This document shows positions 16,852 through 23,998 of a DNA stretch of 23,998 nucleotides, piece after piece. The notes below the pieces were generated by a model. It ran no database searches, was not told the DNA's origin, and saw only the letters and a program-made list of their open reading frames with translations. Numbering within the stretch: position 1 is the first letter of the stretch; each line of letters begins with the position of its first letter. The translations under genes and the position numbers were made by a program. Source of the DNA: an uncultured virus (IMG/VR IMGVR_UViG_3300046524_000328) (taxonomy: Duplodnaviria; Heunggongvirae; Uroviricota; Caudoviricetes); IMG/VR virus record IMGVR_UViG_3300046524_000328, one strand, 5' to 3'.

Positions 16852-17562
16852 TCAGCCGTCGAGCCCTAGCTCTTGCTGGCTGTAGCGTTCGGTGAGGTAT
16901 TGAATGGGTTGCAGCTTCCCGGCGCGCATCTCATCGAAATAGCTGTCGATGGCGCGGTAGCGCATCACCTTCTGGCGAAGCGGCTCGACTGCCTTGCTGA
17001 GTTCTTCAGATGCGGCGAGCAGCGTTGCACTGCCTAGCACCTCATCGAGCCCGAAACGCTCGCGCATGGTTGCGATTGCGCTGCCGACCTTTTCGGCGGC
17101 CGTCGCGACGCGCTCAAAGTCCTCAGGGACCGGCTGCGTCTGCTGCGTGAACTGGATCATCACCGTGGCGAACTGCGCGGCTATCCCGCCCAATATCGAC
17201 TCCGTACCGCGCATGAGGGCGTGCTGATGCGCCACGCGGCCGTCGTACTCCATGTGCGGCGAGAGCCCCAACAGGAAATCGCACGAGACGGAATAGACCT
17301 CAGACGCTTGCCGCAGGAACTGATGATCGCGCGGCGTGGGCCGGTCACCCGACTCAATGAGGCTGATCTGCGTCGAGTTCTTGTAGCCAAAGCGCTGCGC
17401 CGCCTCAACGGCGGTCATACCCGACATGACGCGCGCGACGATCAGGTTGTAGCGCAAGTTCTCCAGTTCCTCAGGCTTGTTCTTGTTGCGCACGAAGCGC
17501 TTGAGGGCTTGCCGGACCTGTGCGTCACGCTGCGCGTCCGTTACGGCTGTTCTGTTTTTCAT
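16852..17562 (-). CDS. XRE-family HTH transcriptional regulator with helical C-terminal extension
   Basis: NLIVARVMSGMTAVEAAQRFGYKNSTQISLIESGDR...YSVSCDFLLG. Confidence 0.8.
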   Translation of the reverse strand: MKNRTAVTDAQRDAQVRQALKRFVRNKNKPEELENLRYNLIVARVMSGMTAVEAAQRFGYKNSTQISLIESGDRPTPRDHQFLRQASEVYSVSCDFLLGLSPHMEYDGRVAHQHALMRGTESILGGIAAQFATVMIQFTQQTQPVPEDFERVATAAEKVGSAIATMRERFGLDEVLGSATLLAASEELSKAVEPLRQKVMRYRAIDSYFDEMRAGKLQPIQYLTERYSQQELGLDG

Positions 17563-18032
17563 CCAGCGAACCCCAGTAGGCGGTCTACCTTCTCATTCAC
17601 GGCCGCGTCCAACTGGGCGCGGGTGTAGCGCACGAGCACGTTTTGCAGCAGGACGTCAATCGCCTTGCTGTAAAGCTGCTCGAACTCTTCTTCAGGCATC
17701 GAGCCGAAACTGATGCTTTTGGGCGTCACGCGCACGCGACCGTTGAGGCTCGTGCTAACGTCGAAATAGCCCGCGAGGATGGTCACCGTGGCGCGGAACT
17801 GATCGAAAGTGGCCTGCACCTCGTGCCCTCTGTACTCTTTGAGCGGCGGCTCCCACGACTCATAACCGATCTGCAGGAGCGCAAAGAACTTGCGATGAAA
17901 GCGCGGGTTGCGCATGCGCTTGAGGTCCGAACGGATCACCTTGCCGACGGGCAGGCGCGCCGCCAGTTCGGCCTGTTCGGCATCGGCGGGCACGAAAGAG
18001 CCGTCCGCGCGCTTGATGAGCAGCACTTCCAC
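17559..18032 (-). CDS. DUF1367 (NinB-related) protein
   Basis: RNPRFHRKFFALL...ILAGYFD...PKSISFGSMPEEEFEQLY. Confidence 0.85.
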   Translation of the reverse strand: MEVLLIKRADGSFVPADAEQAELAARLPVGKVIRSDLKRMRNPRFHRKFFALLQIGYESWEPPLKEYRGHEVQATFDQFRATVTILAGYFDVSTSLNGRVRVTPKSISFGSMPEEEFEQLYSKAIDVLLQNVLVRYTRAQLDAAVNEKVDRLLGFAG

Positions 18033-18035
18033 GGA

Positions 18036-18512
18036 TCACACCTCGCTTATGTCGATGCCGTGCACCGTCTTCATGAGGTGCTTTTTCGTGCGGTATTCCG
18101 GTGTCTGCACACCCTTGGCGTCCTCAACCACGCGCTCACCCGTCGCGACGACGACGTAGACGAAATCGGCGAAGTAGCGCAGCGCGGGCTTTTTTCGCTT
18201 CTCGCCAATGTCCGCAGCGGGCGCGAGGACAAAGCGCACCTGGCATTGCAGTTCGCAGATTTCGCCCGCGTCCTGCCGCGCACTGAGCACCAGAAAGCGG
18301 TCTGCCTCGCGCATGCTGGCGAAAGTGCGCTCGCCGATGGTCACGCGCTTGCTCTTGTACTTCCCGGCCTTGGGTTCGGCCTTGCTCGCCGCTTCCATGC
18401 GGCCCGGCCTGCAATGCGCGAGATTCGCCTGCAACGCGGCGAACTCAGCTTCCGTGAGACGCTTGCGCGTCGATGACTTGCCGCGCAGGCGGCGCGCGTG
18501 TGAGCGGTTCAT
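18036..18512 (-). CDS. DUF1064-family PD-(D/E)XK endonuclease
   Basis: KYKSKRVTI...FASMREA...LQCQVRF...YFADFVY...VEDAKG..TPEYRTKKHLM; start ATG 18512 overlaps the upstream stop. Confidence 0.85.
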   Translation of the reverse strand: MNRSHARRLRGKSSTRKRLTEAEFAALQANLAHCRPGRMEAASKAEPKAGKYKSKRVTIGERTFASMREADRFLVLSARQDAGEICELQCQVRFVLAPAADIGEKRKKPALRYFADFVYVVVATGERVVEDAKGVQTPEYRTKKHLMKTVHGIDISEV

Positions 18513-18742
18513 ACGGCCGGTTTCCTCTTGAGCCAGTAGGTACGGATGCCCGCGAGCCATGCGCCGGTGTAGAACAGCGACAGCGCGAACATGCCCCACT
18601 GCGCGGCCGTGAACGTGGCATACAGCCAGAAGGGCTGGCCGATCAGACCAATCACGCACGCGGCGCGGCTCGCTCGCAGGCTCCCCAGTTGCGTGAGCCA
18701 TATCGCGAGCGCACCGGACACGAGAATTACCGTCTGAATCAT
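18509..18742 (-). CDS. Small 3-TM membrane protein
   Basis: ACVIGLIGQPFWLYATFTAAQWGMFALSLFY; probable start ATG 18742. Confidence 0.75.
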   Translation of the reverse strand: MIQTVILVSGALAIWLTQLGSLRASRAACVIGLIGQPFWLYATFTAAQWGMFALSLFYTGAWLAGIRTYWLKRKPAV

Positions 18743-18748
18743 GCGCAA

Positions 18749-18805
18749 ATAGACCCGTTTATCGTTTGCGCCACATTATATAGATGCGTCTATATTCCGG
18801 GCCAA
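18749..18805 (-). promoter_or_regulatory. Internal leftward promoter candidate overlapped by two operator-like palindromes
   Basis: TATAAT on the minus strand (18775-18780); ATAGACCCGTTTAT 18749-18762, ATAGATGCGTCTAT 18780-18793; -35 weak. Confidence 0.6.
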
Positions 18806-19029
18806 ATTTTTTTAGCTAGGAGACTTTCGGCAAAGGTGAGCTTTTCCGGGGCATGCTGCGCGATCAGCGGCAGCAGGTCGACCAACGCATCTTCCAGAGC
18901 CTGTATGCGTTTTCGGTCCTCATCCACGGCCCGCGTATTCATGCGCCGGTCATAGGCGTACATGGTCTTTTCGAGCATGTCGATCCGGTTGCGCAGGATC
19001 GTCTCGACGCTCATCAACGGTATAGACAC
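18790..19029 (-). CDS. Small coiled-coil hypothetical protein
   Basis: 79-aa ORF filling the gap; start overlapped by palindrome 19022-19035. Confidence 0.6.
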   Translation of the reverse strand: MSIPLMSVETILRNRIDMLEKTMYAYDRRMNTRAVDEDRKRIQALEDALVDLLPLIAQHAPEKLTFAESLLAKKIWPGI

Positions 19030-19031
19030 GT

Positions 19032-19265
19032 CTATTTTTTCCCTGTTTTCGCGCGGTGCTCGACGCCCCGCTGGTATTCGGCCTTCACCAGTTCTATCAC
19101 CAGTGCGAGCGATTCCCGGCCGCTGTGTGCTTCGATGCGGACATACTCGCGCCGCCGCTTTTCCTTAGGCAGGTTCGCCAGCAAGCGGACCTGACAGCAC
19201 CGGCAGAAGTTGCTGTAGAACCCGGAAAACGCCTCATCGAGCGGGCAGCGCTTCAGTTGATCCAA
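19032..19265 (-). CDS. Small Cys-containing hypothetical protein
   Basis: C...CRCCQVRLL; probable TTG start 19265 after GGGAG. Confidence 0.6.
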   Translation of the reverse strand: MDQLKRCPLDEAFSGFYSNFCRCCQVRLLANLPKEKRRREYVRIEAHSGRESLALVIELVKAEYQRGVEHRAKTGKK

Positions 19266-19498
19266 CGCCGCGCTCCCATTGCGATGAGGTCGTGCTCCCA
19301 CGCACAAAGAGTCTCACCCGTCGCAAACTCGACGTCGTACACGCCGCCGAACGTTGCCATGCGCTCACCTGACGCGAGCACCATGCCCTCGTACCGGGCG
19401 CGCACAGTGCACAGTTGGCCGACAAGCGGCCACATGGGCGGCGCGCGGCGCGGCCGGAAAATGACCGCCTCATCAACGCGATAGGCCCAGTACGTCAC
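19253..19498 (-). CDS. Hypothetical protein (SH3-like beta pattern)
   Basis: GTG start overlapping upstream stop; YDVEFATGETLCAWEHDL. Confidence 0.6.
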   Translation of the reverse strand: MTYWAYRVDEAVIFRPRRAPPMWPLVGQLCTVRARYEGMVLASGERMATFGGVYDVEFATGETLCAWEHDLIAMGARRWIN

Positions 19499-20610
19499 GC
19501 GCTCACCCCGCTCAGGTGCGCGCGGCATTTGTTCGCGTCAGTGAAGTAAGGAAAGTGTGCGTCGACACGCACGGCGGGCGCGGCGCAGTGCGCGCACGTC
19601 TCGATGTGCTTGTTCTGTGCGCGGGCGTCCGCGAGCAGCATCGGGTCGCAGAATGTCCAGTCGTCATCGGGCACGAGACATTCGTCCGGCTGGAGCGCAC
19701 GGAAGCCATCGCGCACGCGCGGCGCGCCGTAGTAGTCGCCGCGCGCGAGCGTGTTGACCGCGTTTTGCAACAGGCGAATAGCCGCGGCGTCGCACGGTGC
19801 CACATACGAGCCGAGAAAGGCGCACGCGCGCGGCTTTTCGTCCTCTGTCCAGTGCACCGCGTAATCGTCCAGGCGAACGACAGTGCCGACGGGCAGACGC
19901 TGACAATGAATCTCACCTTTCTTCGTGCGCACGTTCAGCATGCTGTGGCCATCGGTGAGCGCCACGAGGTACACATAGCCCGTCGCGTCGACGTGCTCGC
20001 CGACGTGGCGGCCCCACCCGTATAGCTCGACCTTCTGCGTGTTCATCGTGCCAACGACGACGTCGCCTTCCTCGCGGTCCTCGCTCGTGTCGAGCACATG
20101 CGCCGCCGCCAGCGCTTCAATGACGAACCTGTGTTCGGCGACGCTCGCCGCGACGTCGACACGGCCCACGACCTGCAATGGGCTCACCTCAGGTATCGCT
20201 ATGCCCGCGCGCGTGACGAACTCGACACAGTCGGCGCGCGACAGCCCGCGATCCGCGAGGATGGCATACACCGCGAAACCGTTGTACGCGTTCATGTACG
20301 CGTCATAGCGGCCCTGTTCTTCGACGGGCACCCCAATGACATGCGCATCCGTTTCGAGCCGGTATAGGCCCGTCTGATCGACAGCGGCCAGCGGTTCCGT
20401 GATCGCGGCGGCCGGGTCATCGAGCAGCACGACGGGAACGGCGAGCCATTCGAGCGCGGCGCGCAGCCAGTCGGCGTCGATATCGGCGCGCAGCGCGACG
20501 ACAACGAGCTGCAGCGCGTTTGCGCTGTGTTCGTTTTCGCGGATGGCGAGCTTCGTTGCGGCGAGCGAGGCCGGGTCATTGGTGAGCCAGCAAACGATAC
20601 GGCGAGTCAT
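19495..20610 (-). CDS. Fusion: degenerate PAPS-reductase-like N-terminus + putative 2OG-Fe(II)/cupin domain + C-terminal Zn finger
   Basis: RRIVCWLTNDPASLAATKLAI...HVIGVPVEE...LADRGLSRADC...RAGI; EHVD...VHWT...R; CAHC...C..H. Confidence 0.6.
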   Translation of the reverse strand: MTRRIVCWLTNDPASLAATKLAIRENEHSANALQLVVVALRADIDADWLRAALEWLAVPVVLLDDPAAAITEPLAAVDQTGLYRLETDAHVIGVPVEEQGRYDAYMNAYNGFAVYAILADRGLSRADCVEFVTRAGIAIPEVSPLQVVGRVDVAASVAEHRFVIEALAAAHVLDTSEDREEGDVVVGTMNTQKVELYGWGRHVGEHVDATGYVYLVALTDGHSMLNVRTKKGEIHCQRLPVGTVVRLDDYAVHWTEDEKPRACAFLGSYVAPCDAAAIRLLQNAVNTLARGDYYGAPRVRDGFRALQPDECLVPDDDWTFCDPMLLADARAQNKHIETCAHCAAPAVRVDAHFPYFTDANKCRAHLSGVSA

Positions 20611-21617
20611 GGGGCGGTGTCTCCGTTGAGGTGCTTGGGTACGCTGTTGCGCTTGGCGAAGTCGCGCAGCGCGGCGCGCGTGTCCTCAGGCATGGCGGCG
20701 CGCGGCGCGTCGACCTTGACTGGGCCTGCGGAAGGGGTGACGGGGCGCGGGCGCGGCGCGGGCGGCGTGCCGCCGTTGTCGATGGCGGCCTTAATGCGCG
20801 CATGCCATGCGTCGCGGCTCTCGTGCTGATGCGCGCGACCAACGCCGACCTCGCTAGCCTTGGCAAGCGCCAGTTCGTCGGACGCCCACCATTTGCCGCC
20901 GCCGCCCGTCTTTGCCACGCGCATCGGCCCGGCATTGCGGACCCAGTTGCGCCACGTCGCAGGCCAGTCGGTTTTCGTTGCGTCCTTACCCGACTTCGCG
21001 CACCAGTAGTCGCGGAACTTCTCAGCCTCAAATTTCGTGTGCTCGACGTCCCACGCGCCGCCCTTCCATTCGGTGAGCTTGTCGGCGTAGGTGACCGTCA
21101 CGGCGACGGTTCGCGAGAGGGCGTCAGTCGTCAGTTCCCAGTCTTTCGGAAGGCGCGTGCCGCGCCTGCTATCTGGTTTTCCATCTGGTTTACCATCTGC
21201 CCTATATAGGGAGTCGGCGGTATCGCCCTTTGCATTTGGCAATTTCGCCGGATGGACATGCCCGGTATCGCCATTTCCATTTGGCGAATCTGCGAAATGC
21301 TTGCCGTCGGGCACGAACGCCGATTCATCGGCGAACGCGTACCACAGCGTGCGGTCGGTTTTCTGCTCGTTGAAGTTGCCTTTGATGAGCACGCCCTGCT
21401 TGATGAGGCTATCGAGCGTGCGGCGGATGCGGTCTTTCGAGAGGTACGGGAACAGTTCGCCGAACGCGGCGACCGAGTTATACGACCAGACGCGATCATC
21501 CCGAACGTTCTCACCGTTCGCGCGGTTGCGCGCGATCCAGAAAGTGAAGTTGTGGATTAGCACGGCTTCCTCCAGCCCATAGAGGCGCGCATGGTCCGTG
21601 TCAAACATGTGATGCAC
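20607..21617 (-). CDS. Phage replication initiator (winged-helix N-terminus, DnaT-like C-terminus)
   Basis: YGLEEAVLIHNFTFWI...WSYNS...ELFPY...IRRTL..L...DRTLWY; RGTRLPKDW...EKFRDYW...DWPATWRNW; internal DNA repeats. Confidence 0.85.
   Translation of the reverse strand: MHHMFDTDHARLYGLEEAVLIHNFTFWIARNRANGENVRDDRVWSYNSVAAFGELFPYLSKDRIRRTLDSLIKQGVLIKGNFNEQKTDRTLWYAFADESAFVPDGKHFADSPNGNGDTGHVHPAKLPNAKGDTADSLYRADGKPDGKPDSRRGTRLPKDWELTTDALSRTVAVTVTYADKLTEWKGGAWDVEHTKFEAEKFRDYWCAKSGKDATKTDWPATWRNWVRNAGPMRVAKTGGGGKWWASDELALAKASEVGVGRAHQHESRDAWHARIKAAIDNGGTPPAPRPRPVTPSAGPVKVDAPRAAMPEDTRAALRDFAKRNSVPKHLNGDTAP
21171..21299. repeat. Iteron-like repeats, candidate replication origin
   Basis: Two imperfect 37-bp copies CGGTATCGCCnTTTnCATTTGGC... 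at 21218 and 21263; 12-bp-period ATCTG(GTTT) repeats 21171-21199; palindrome CCCTATATAGGG. Confidence 0.6.
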
Positions 21618-22213
21618 TAACGACTCCCGAACGGACGCGATTGCAGGCGGCTCGCCGACACGAGCTTGCGGCCTTTCGGCCAGCGGGCTTCACTCTTGAT
21701 GGTCGGCTTTTCCTTACTGAGCTTTGCCGGTACAATCGCGGCTCTCACAGCTTTACCTTTTGACAGGCCGCGACCTCCGCCAACAGGCTCGCGGCTTCGT
21801 TCTTCATACGACGTCACTTTCTTTTCGACGGTGCGCGCCGCCAACGGCGTGACCTTCTTCGTGATCGGCCTGTGCGCCGTCACCGGCTTGGACGCCAGAA
21901 ACTCTTCCGTCGGCCAGAGCCCCTTACGCTTCAGAATCACCTCGCACGCGGCCATCGCCACCGCAAAGCGCGTCATCGCGAACTCGCGCGACAGGTGCGC
22001 GGGCAAGCGGGCCTGCCCGTCGAGCACCATGTGACACGCGTAGCATGCGTAACAGCCCAGGTGATCGGCGCGCGCGAGCTTCTTGCCCTTCGCCTTGCCG
22101 CCGTCGTGCCAGTTCGAGTGCGCCCATACGGTCGTATCCCAGTCCCAGTTGCAAACAAGGGGGAAATTCAGGGTGCACGCTTCCCCGCGTGCCGATTCGG
22201 TGATTCGGCTCAC
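21617..22213 (-). CDS. DUF1364 (YbcO-like) Zn-binding putative nuclease with basic C-terminal tail
   Basis: SARGEACTLNFPLVCN...TTVWAH...GCYACYACH..LD. Confidence 0.8.
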   Translation of the reverse strand: MSRITESARGEACTLNFPLVCNWDWDTTVWAHSNWHDGGKAKGKKLARADHLGCYACYACHMVLDGQARLPAHLSREFAMTRFAVAMAACEVILKRKGLWPTEEFLASKPVTAHRPITKKVTPLAARTVEKKVTSYEERSREPVGGGRGLSKGKAVRAAIVPAKLSKEKPTIKSEARWPKGRKLVSASRLQSRPFGSR

Positions 22214-22243
22214 GTCAGTGTTCTCAGGTGAAGGGATTGGGTA

Positions 22244-22426
22244 CTACTGAGTGCTTTTCTGCTGTTTCTTATAGCAGGCGGCGCACATGCCGTAGCGTTG
22301 AAGCTGGATAGAGGTCACGACCTTGTTACAGGGCGCGGGACACCGCTTGCGAACATGAGACAACTGCAACGACTGTGCAGTTGTCTCGCGGAACTTCGCA
22401 ATCGCATTCGGATCGGCGACGTTCAT
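22244..22426 (-). CDS. Small Zn-finger protein
   Basis: CPAPC...CAAC. Confidence 0.7.
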   Translation of the reverse strand: MNVADPNAIAKFRETTAQSLQLSHVRKRCPAPCNKVVTSIQLQRYGMCAACYKKQQKSTQ

Positions 22427-22435
22427 TCGGTGTTC

Positions 22436-22765
22436 TTACTGGATTGCGAGGGCCGCCTGATGCGTGATACGGGCATCGTCCGTCATACCGTAGCGGTGAT
22501 ACAGCGCGCTCGAACCGTCGGGCGTAACGAGCACTTCAGGCTCGCCGTGCTCGTTCTCGACAACGGCGAACATCGCCGCGTGTTGCGCCGTCGGCATGCC
22601 GTCCTCGCACAGAAGGCCGTCGGCGATCATGCGCGCGCTCAGGTCGGCGCGGCCGAGAAAATTGGCGATATAGCCAATGGTGTAATGCCCGTCGACGTTG
22701 GTCATGTGCTCGCGCACGGCAAAACGGTTGTTACAGGAAGGTGCGGTTTTTATGTCGTTGTTCAC
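22436..22765 (-). CDS. Hypothetical protein, weak resemblance to antirepressor C-terminal (KilA-C) domain
   Basis: TIGYIANFLG...MPT...F.V.E...VLVTPDG. Confidence 0.55.
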   Translation of the reverse strand: MNNDIKTAPSCNNRFAVREHMTNVDGHYTIGYIANFLGRADLSARMIADGLLCEDGMPTAQHAAMFAVVENEHGEPEVLVTPDGSSALYHRYGMTDDARITHQAALAIQ

Positions 22766-22838
22766 TATGATTCCCGGCCAGATAAAAAATGTTGCGTGCT
22801 CTCTTTACAACTGAAACCCCGTCGAGACGGTCACGGCT

Positions 22839-23342
22839 TTAGGCCGCCTCGCGATAGTAGTTACCTTCTTTGATGCGCCGGTCCACTTCACTACCGGCCG
22901 CCATTAATTCACCCTGCCCGGCGTGTTCCACCTGGGCTGTGTGAATATCAAACGCTTTGCGCAAGGCTTGCAGGCCCGGAGCGTCAAAACCCAGTTTCCC
23001 GGTACGCTTGAACCGCAGTTGCAGGCGGAACAGTGCATCGAGCGCGGCGATGAGGTCGTTCTCGTGCTCCGGGCCAAAGCCGCGCTCTGCGAGCACGAGC
23101 GACGTGTTGCACATGCACGCGAGCGTTTCCGCGTGCGAAATCTCGCCCTTGCCCTTCGAAATGGCGTCGATGCTCAATCCGAACGCAAGCGCGACGTCGC
23201 GCTGATCCTGCTCGTGAAGCGGCTTGTGAAAGTTCGTCAGGACTTCTGAAATGACATGCGACCGGTTCAACACCTCGAACGCGGCGAGCGGGTTCTTGTG
23301 TTTCGGCCGAAACTTGCGGCGGGGTTTCTTGCTGGCGGGCAT
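22839..23342 (-). CDS. Hypothetical phage protein (helical, basic N-terminus)
   Basis: GAGG RBS; immediately downstream of Cro. Confidence 0.8.
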   Translation of the reverse strand: MPASKKPRRKFRPKHKNPLAAFEVLNRSHVISEVLTNFHKPLHEQDQRDVALAFGLSIDAISKGKGEISHAETLACMCNTSLVLAERGFGPEHENDLIAALDALFRLQLRFKRTGKLGFDAPGLQALRKAFDIHTAQVEHAGQGELMAAGSEVDRRIKEGNYYREAA

Positions 23343-23354
23343 CGTGCGGTCCTC

Positions 23355-23570
23355 TTACGATGCCTGCGTGGCGGCGGCGAGCTTCTTCGCGTACTTGCGC
23401 TTCAGCTTCGTGATGCCAGCAACCACGGCTGCGCTCGTACGCGGCTTGGTCGCGGTGTGGTTTTCCAGATGCGATACGTGCGGCTGCGTGCAACCAATGG
23501 CGTCGGCTATCTGCTGCTGCGTCAGGCCCGCAATGGTGCGCAGGGCGCGAATATCTTCTGCTATCTGCAT
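23355..23570 (-). CDS. cro: Cro-like HTH regulator
   Basis: GLTQQQIADAIGCTQPHVSHLE; 71 aa; divergent from the repressor. Confidence 0.85.
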   Translation of the reverse strand: MQIAEDIRALRTIAGLTQQQIADAIGCTQPHVSHLENHTATKPRTSAAVVAGITKLKRKYAKKLAAATQAS

Positions 23571-23620
23571 TTTCTACCTGTTGTTGTCCAATCGAGACGA
23601 CCTTACATGAGGCGATGCAG

Positions 23621-23649
23621 AGTATAAGCATGTCTATTGTTTGTGACAA
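23621..23649 (-). promoter_or_regulatory. PR-like lytic promoter
   Basis: Minus strand TTGTCA (23649-23644), 17 nt, TATACT (23626-23621), overlapped by operator 23624-23637. Confidence 0.85.
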
Positions 23650-23773
23650 GGCGAACATAGATGCGCTTGTATCTGAGGGTATAGATTAAGAAATATCAAA
23701 AGTTGCGTTTTCGCTTCCATAGACGCGCTTTTCCGTGCTATAAGTGCGCCTGTTGGGTCATAGACAAACTTAT
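23624..23773. promoter_or_regulatory. Immunity operator cluster, five 14-bp sites
   Basis: ATAAGCATGTCTAT 23624, ATAGATGCGCTTGT 23657, ATAGACGCGCTTTT 23719, ATAAGTGCGCCTGT 23740, ATAGACAAACTTAT 23760. Confidence 0.75.
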
Positions 23774-23810
23774 AAAAACAAGTATTTCCGAGCCTATAAA
23801 TTTGAGAGCA

Positions 23811-23998
23811 ATGACAAAAAAGAACGCGCACGAGTCGCCGCCGCCCGTCACGCAGTTGGGCGACCGCATCCGCCAATGCCGGATCGAAATGGGGCTTTCA
23901 CAGGGAGCGCTTGCGAAAGTCGTTGGCGTCACTCAGCCAACGATTTCAGCGCTGGAGCGAAACGAGTCGACTACCTCTTACAGCATCGGGTCGTTCGC
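23811..23998 (+). CDS. cI: CI-like repressor, N-terminal HTH (partial)
   Basis: Manual translation MTKKNAHESPPPVTQLGDRIRQCRIEMGLSQGALAKVVGVTQPTISALERNES, 434-repressor-like; runs off the window. Confidence 0.85.
   Translation, partial: MTKKNAHESPPPVTQLGDRIRQCRIEMGLSQGALAKVVGVTQPTISALERNESTTSYSIGSF

Noticed and set aside
22797..22811. boxA-like CTCTTTACAA
   Set aside because: On the strand opposite to local transcription; no boxB or N-like gene recognised

Overview
GC-rich temperate phage/prophage (or phage-plasmid) DNA. The gene style is reminiscent of Burkholderiales phages, but the host cannot be proven from the sequence. Left to right: (1) a minus-strand virion module with a collagen-like (GDK/GPT)n fibre protein running off the window edge and a BppU-like adaptor; (2) a plus-strand, translationally coupled operon of small accessory genes (DUF551-like, MazG-like mosaic, Zn fingers, two NinX/DUF2591 paralogues); (3) a small HTH cassette; (4) a ~760-nt, apparently non-coding, densely base-paired transcription unit (8925-9711) with its own promoter-like element and terminator, containing an aberrant tRNA-like domain and a kissing-loop module, which is the most unusual feature of the window; (5) a ~700-bp hairpin-rich non-coding gap; (6) a long minus-strand run read from the Cro promoter: Cro, DUF1364, replication initiator, a degenerate PAPS-reductase/2OG-Fe(II)-like fusion, DUF1064, DUF1367, XRE regulator, terminase small subunit, a P1 PacB-like terminase large subunit, then hypothetical genes (no portal); (7) the divergent start of a 434-type CI repressor, with 14-bp ATAGAC-N2-G(T/C)(C/T)TAT operators that recur 5 kb away. 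All family calls are from motif recognition by eye; no searches were run.
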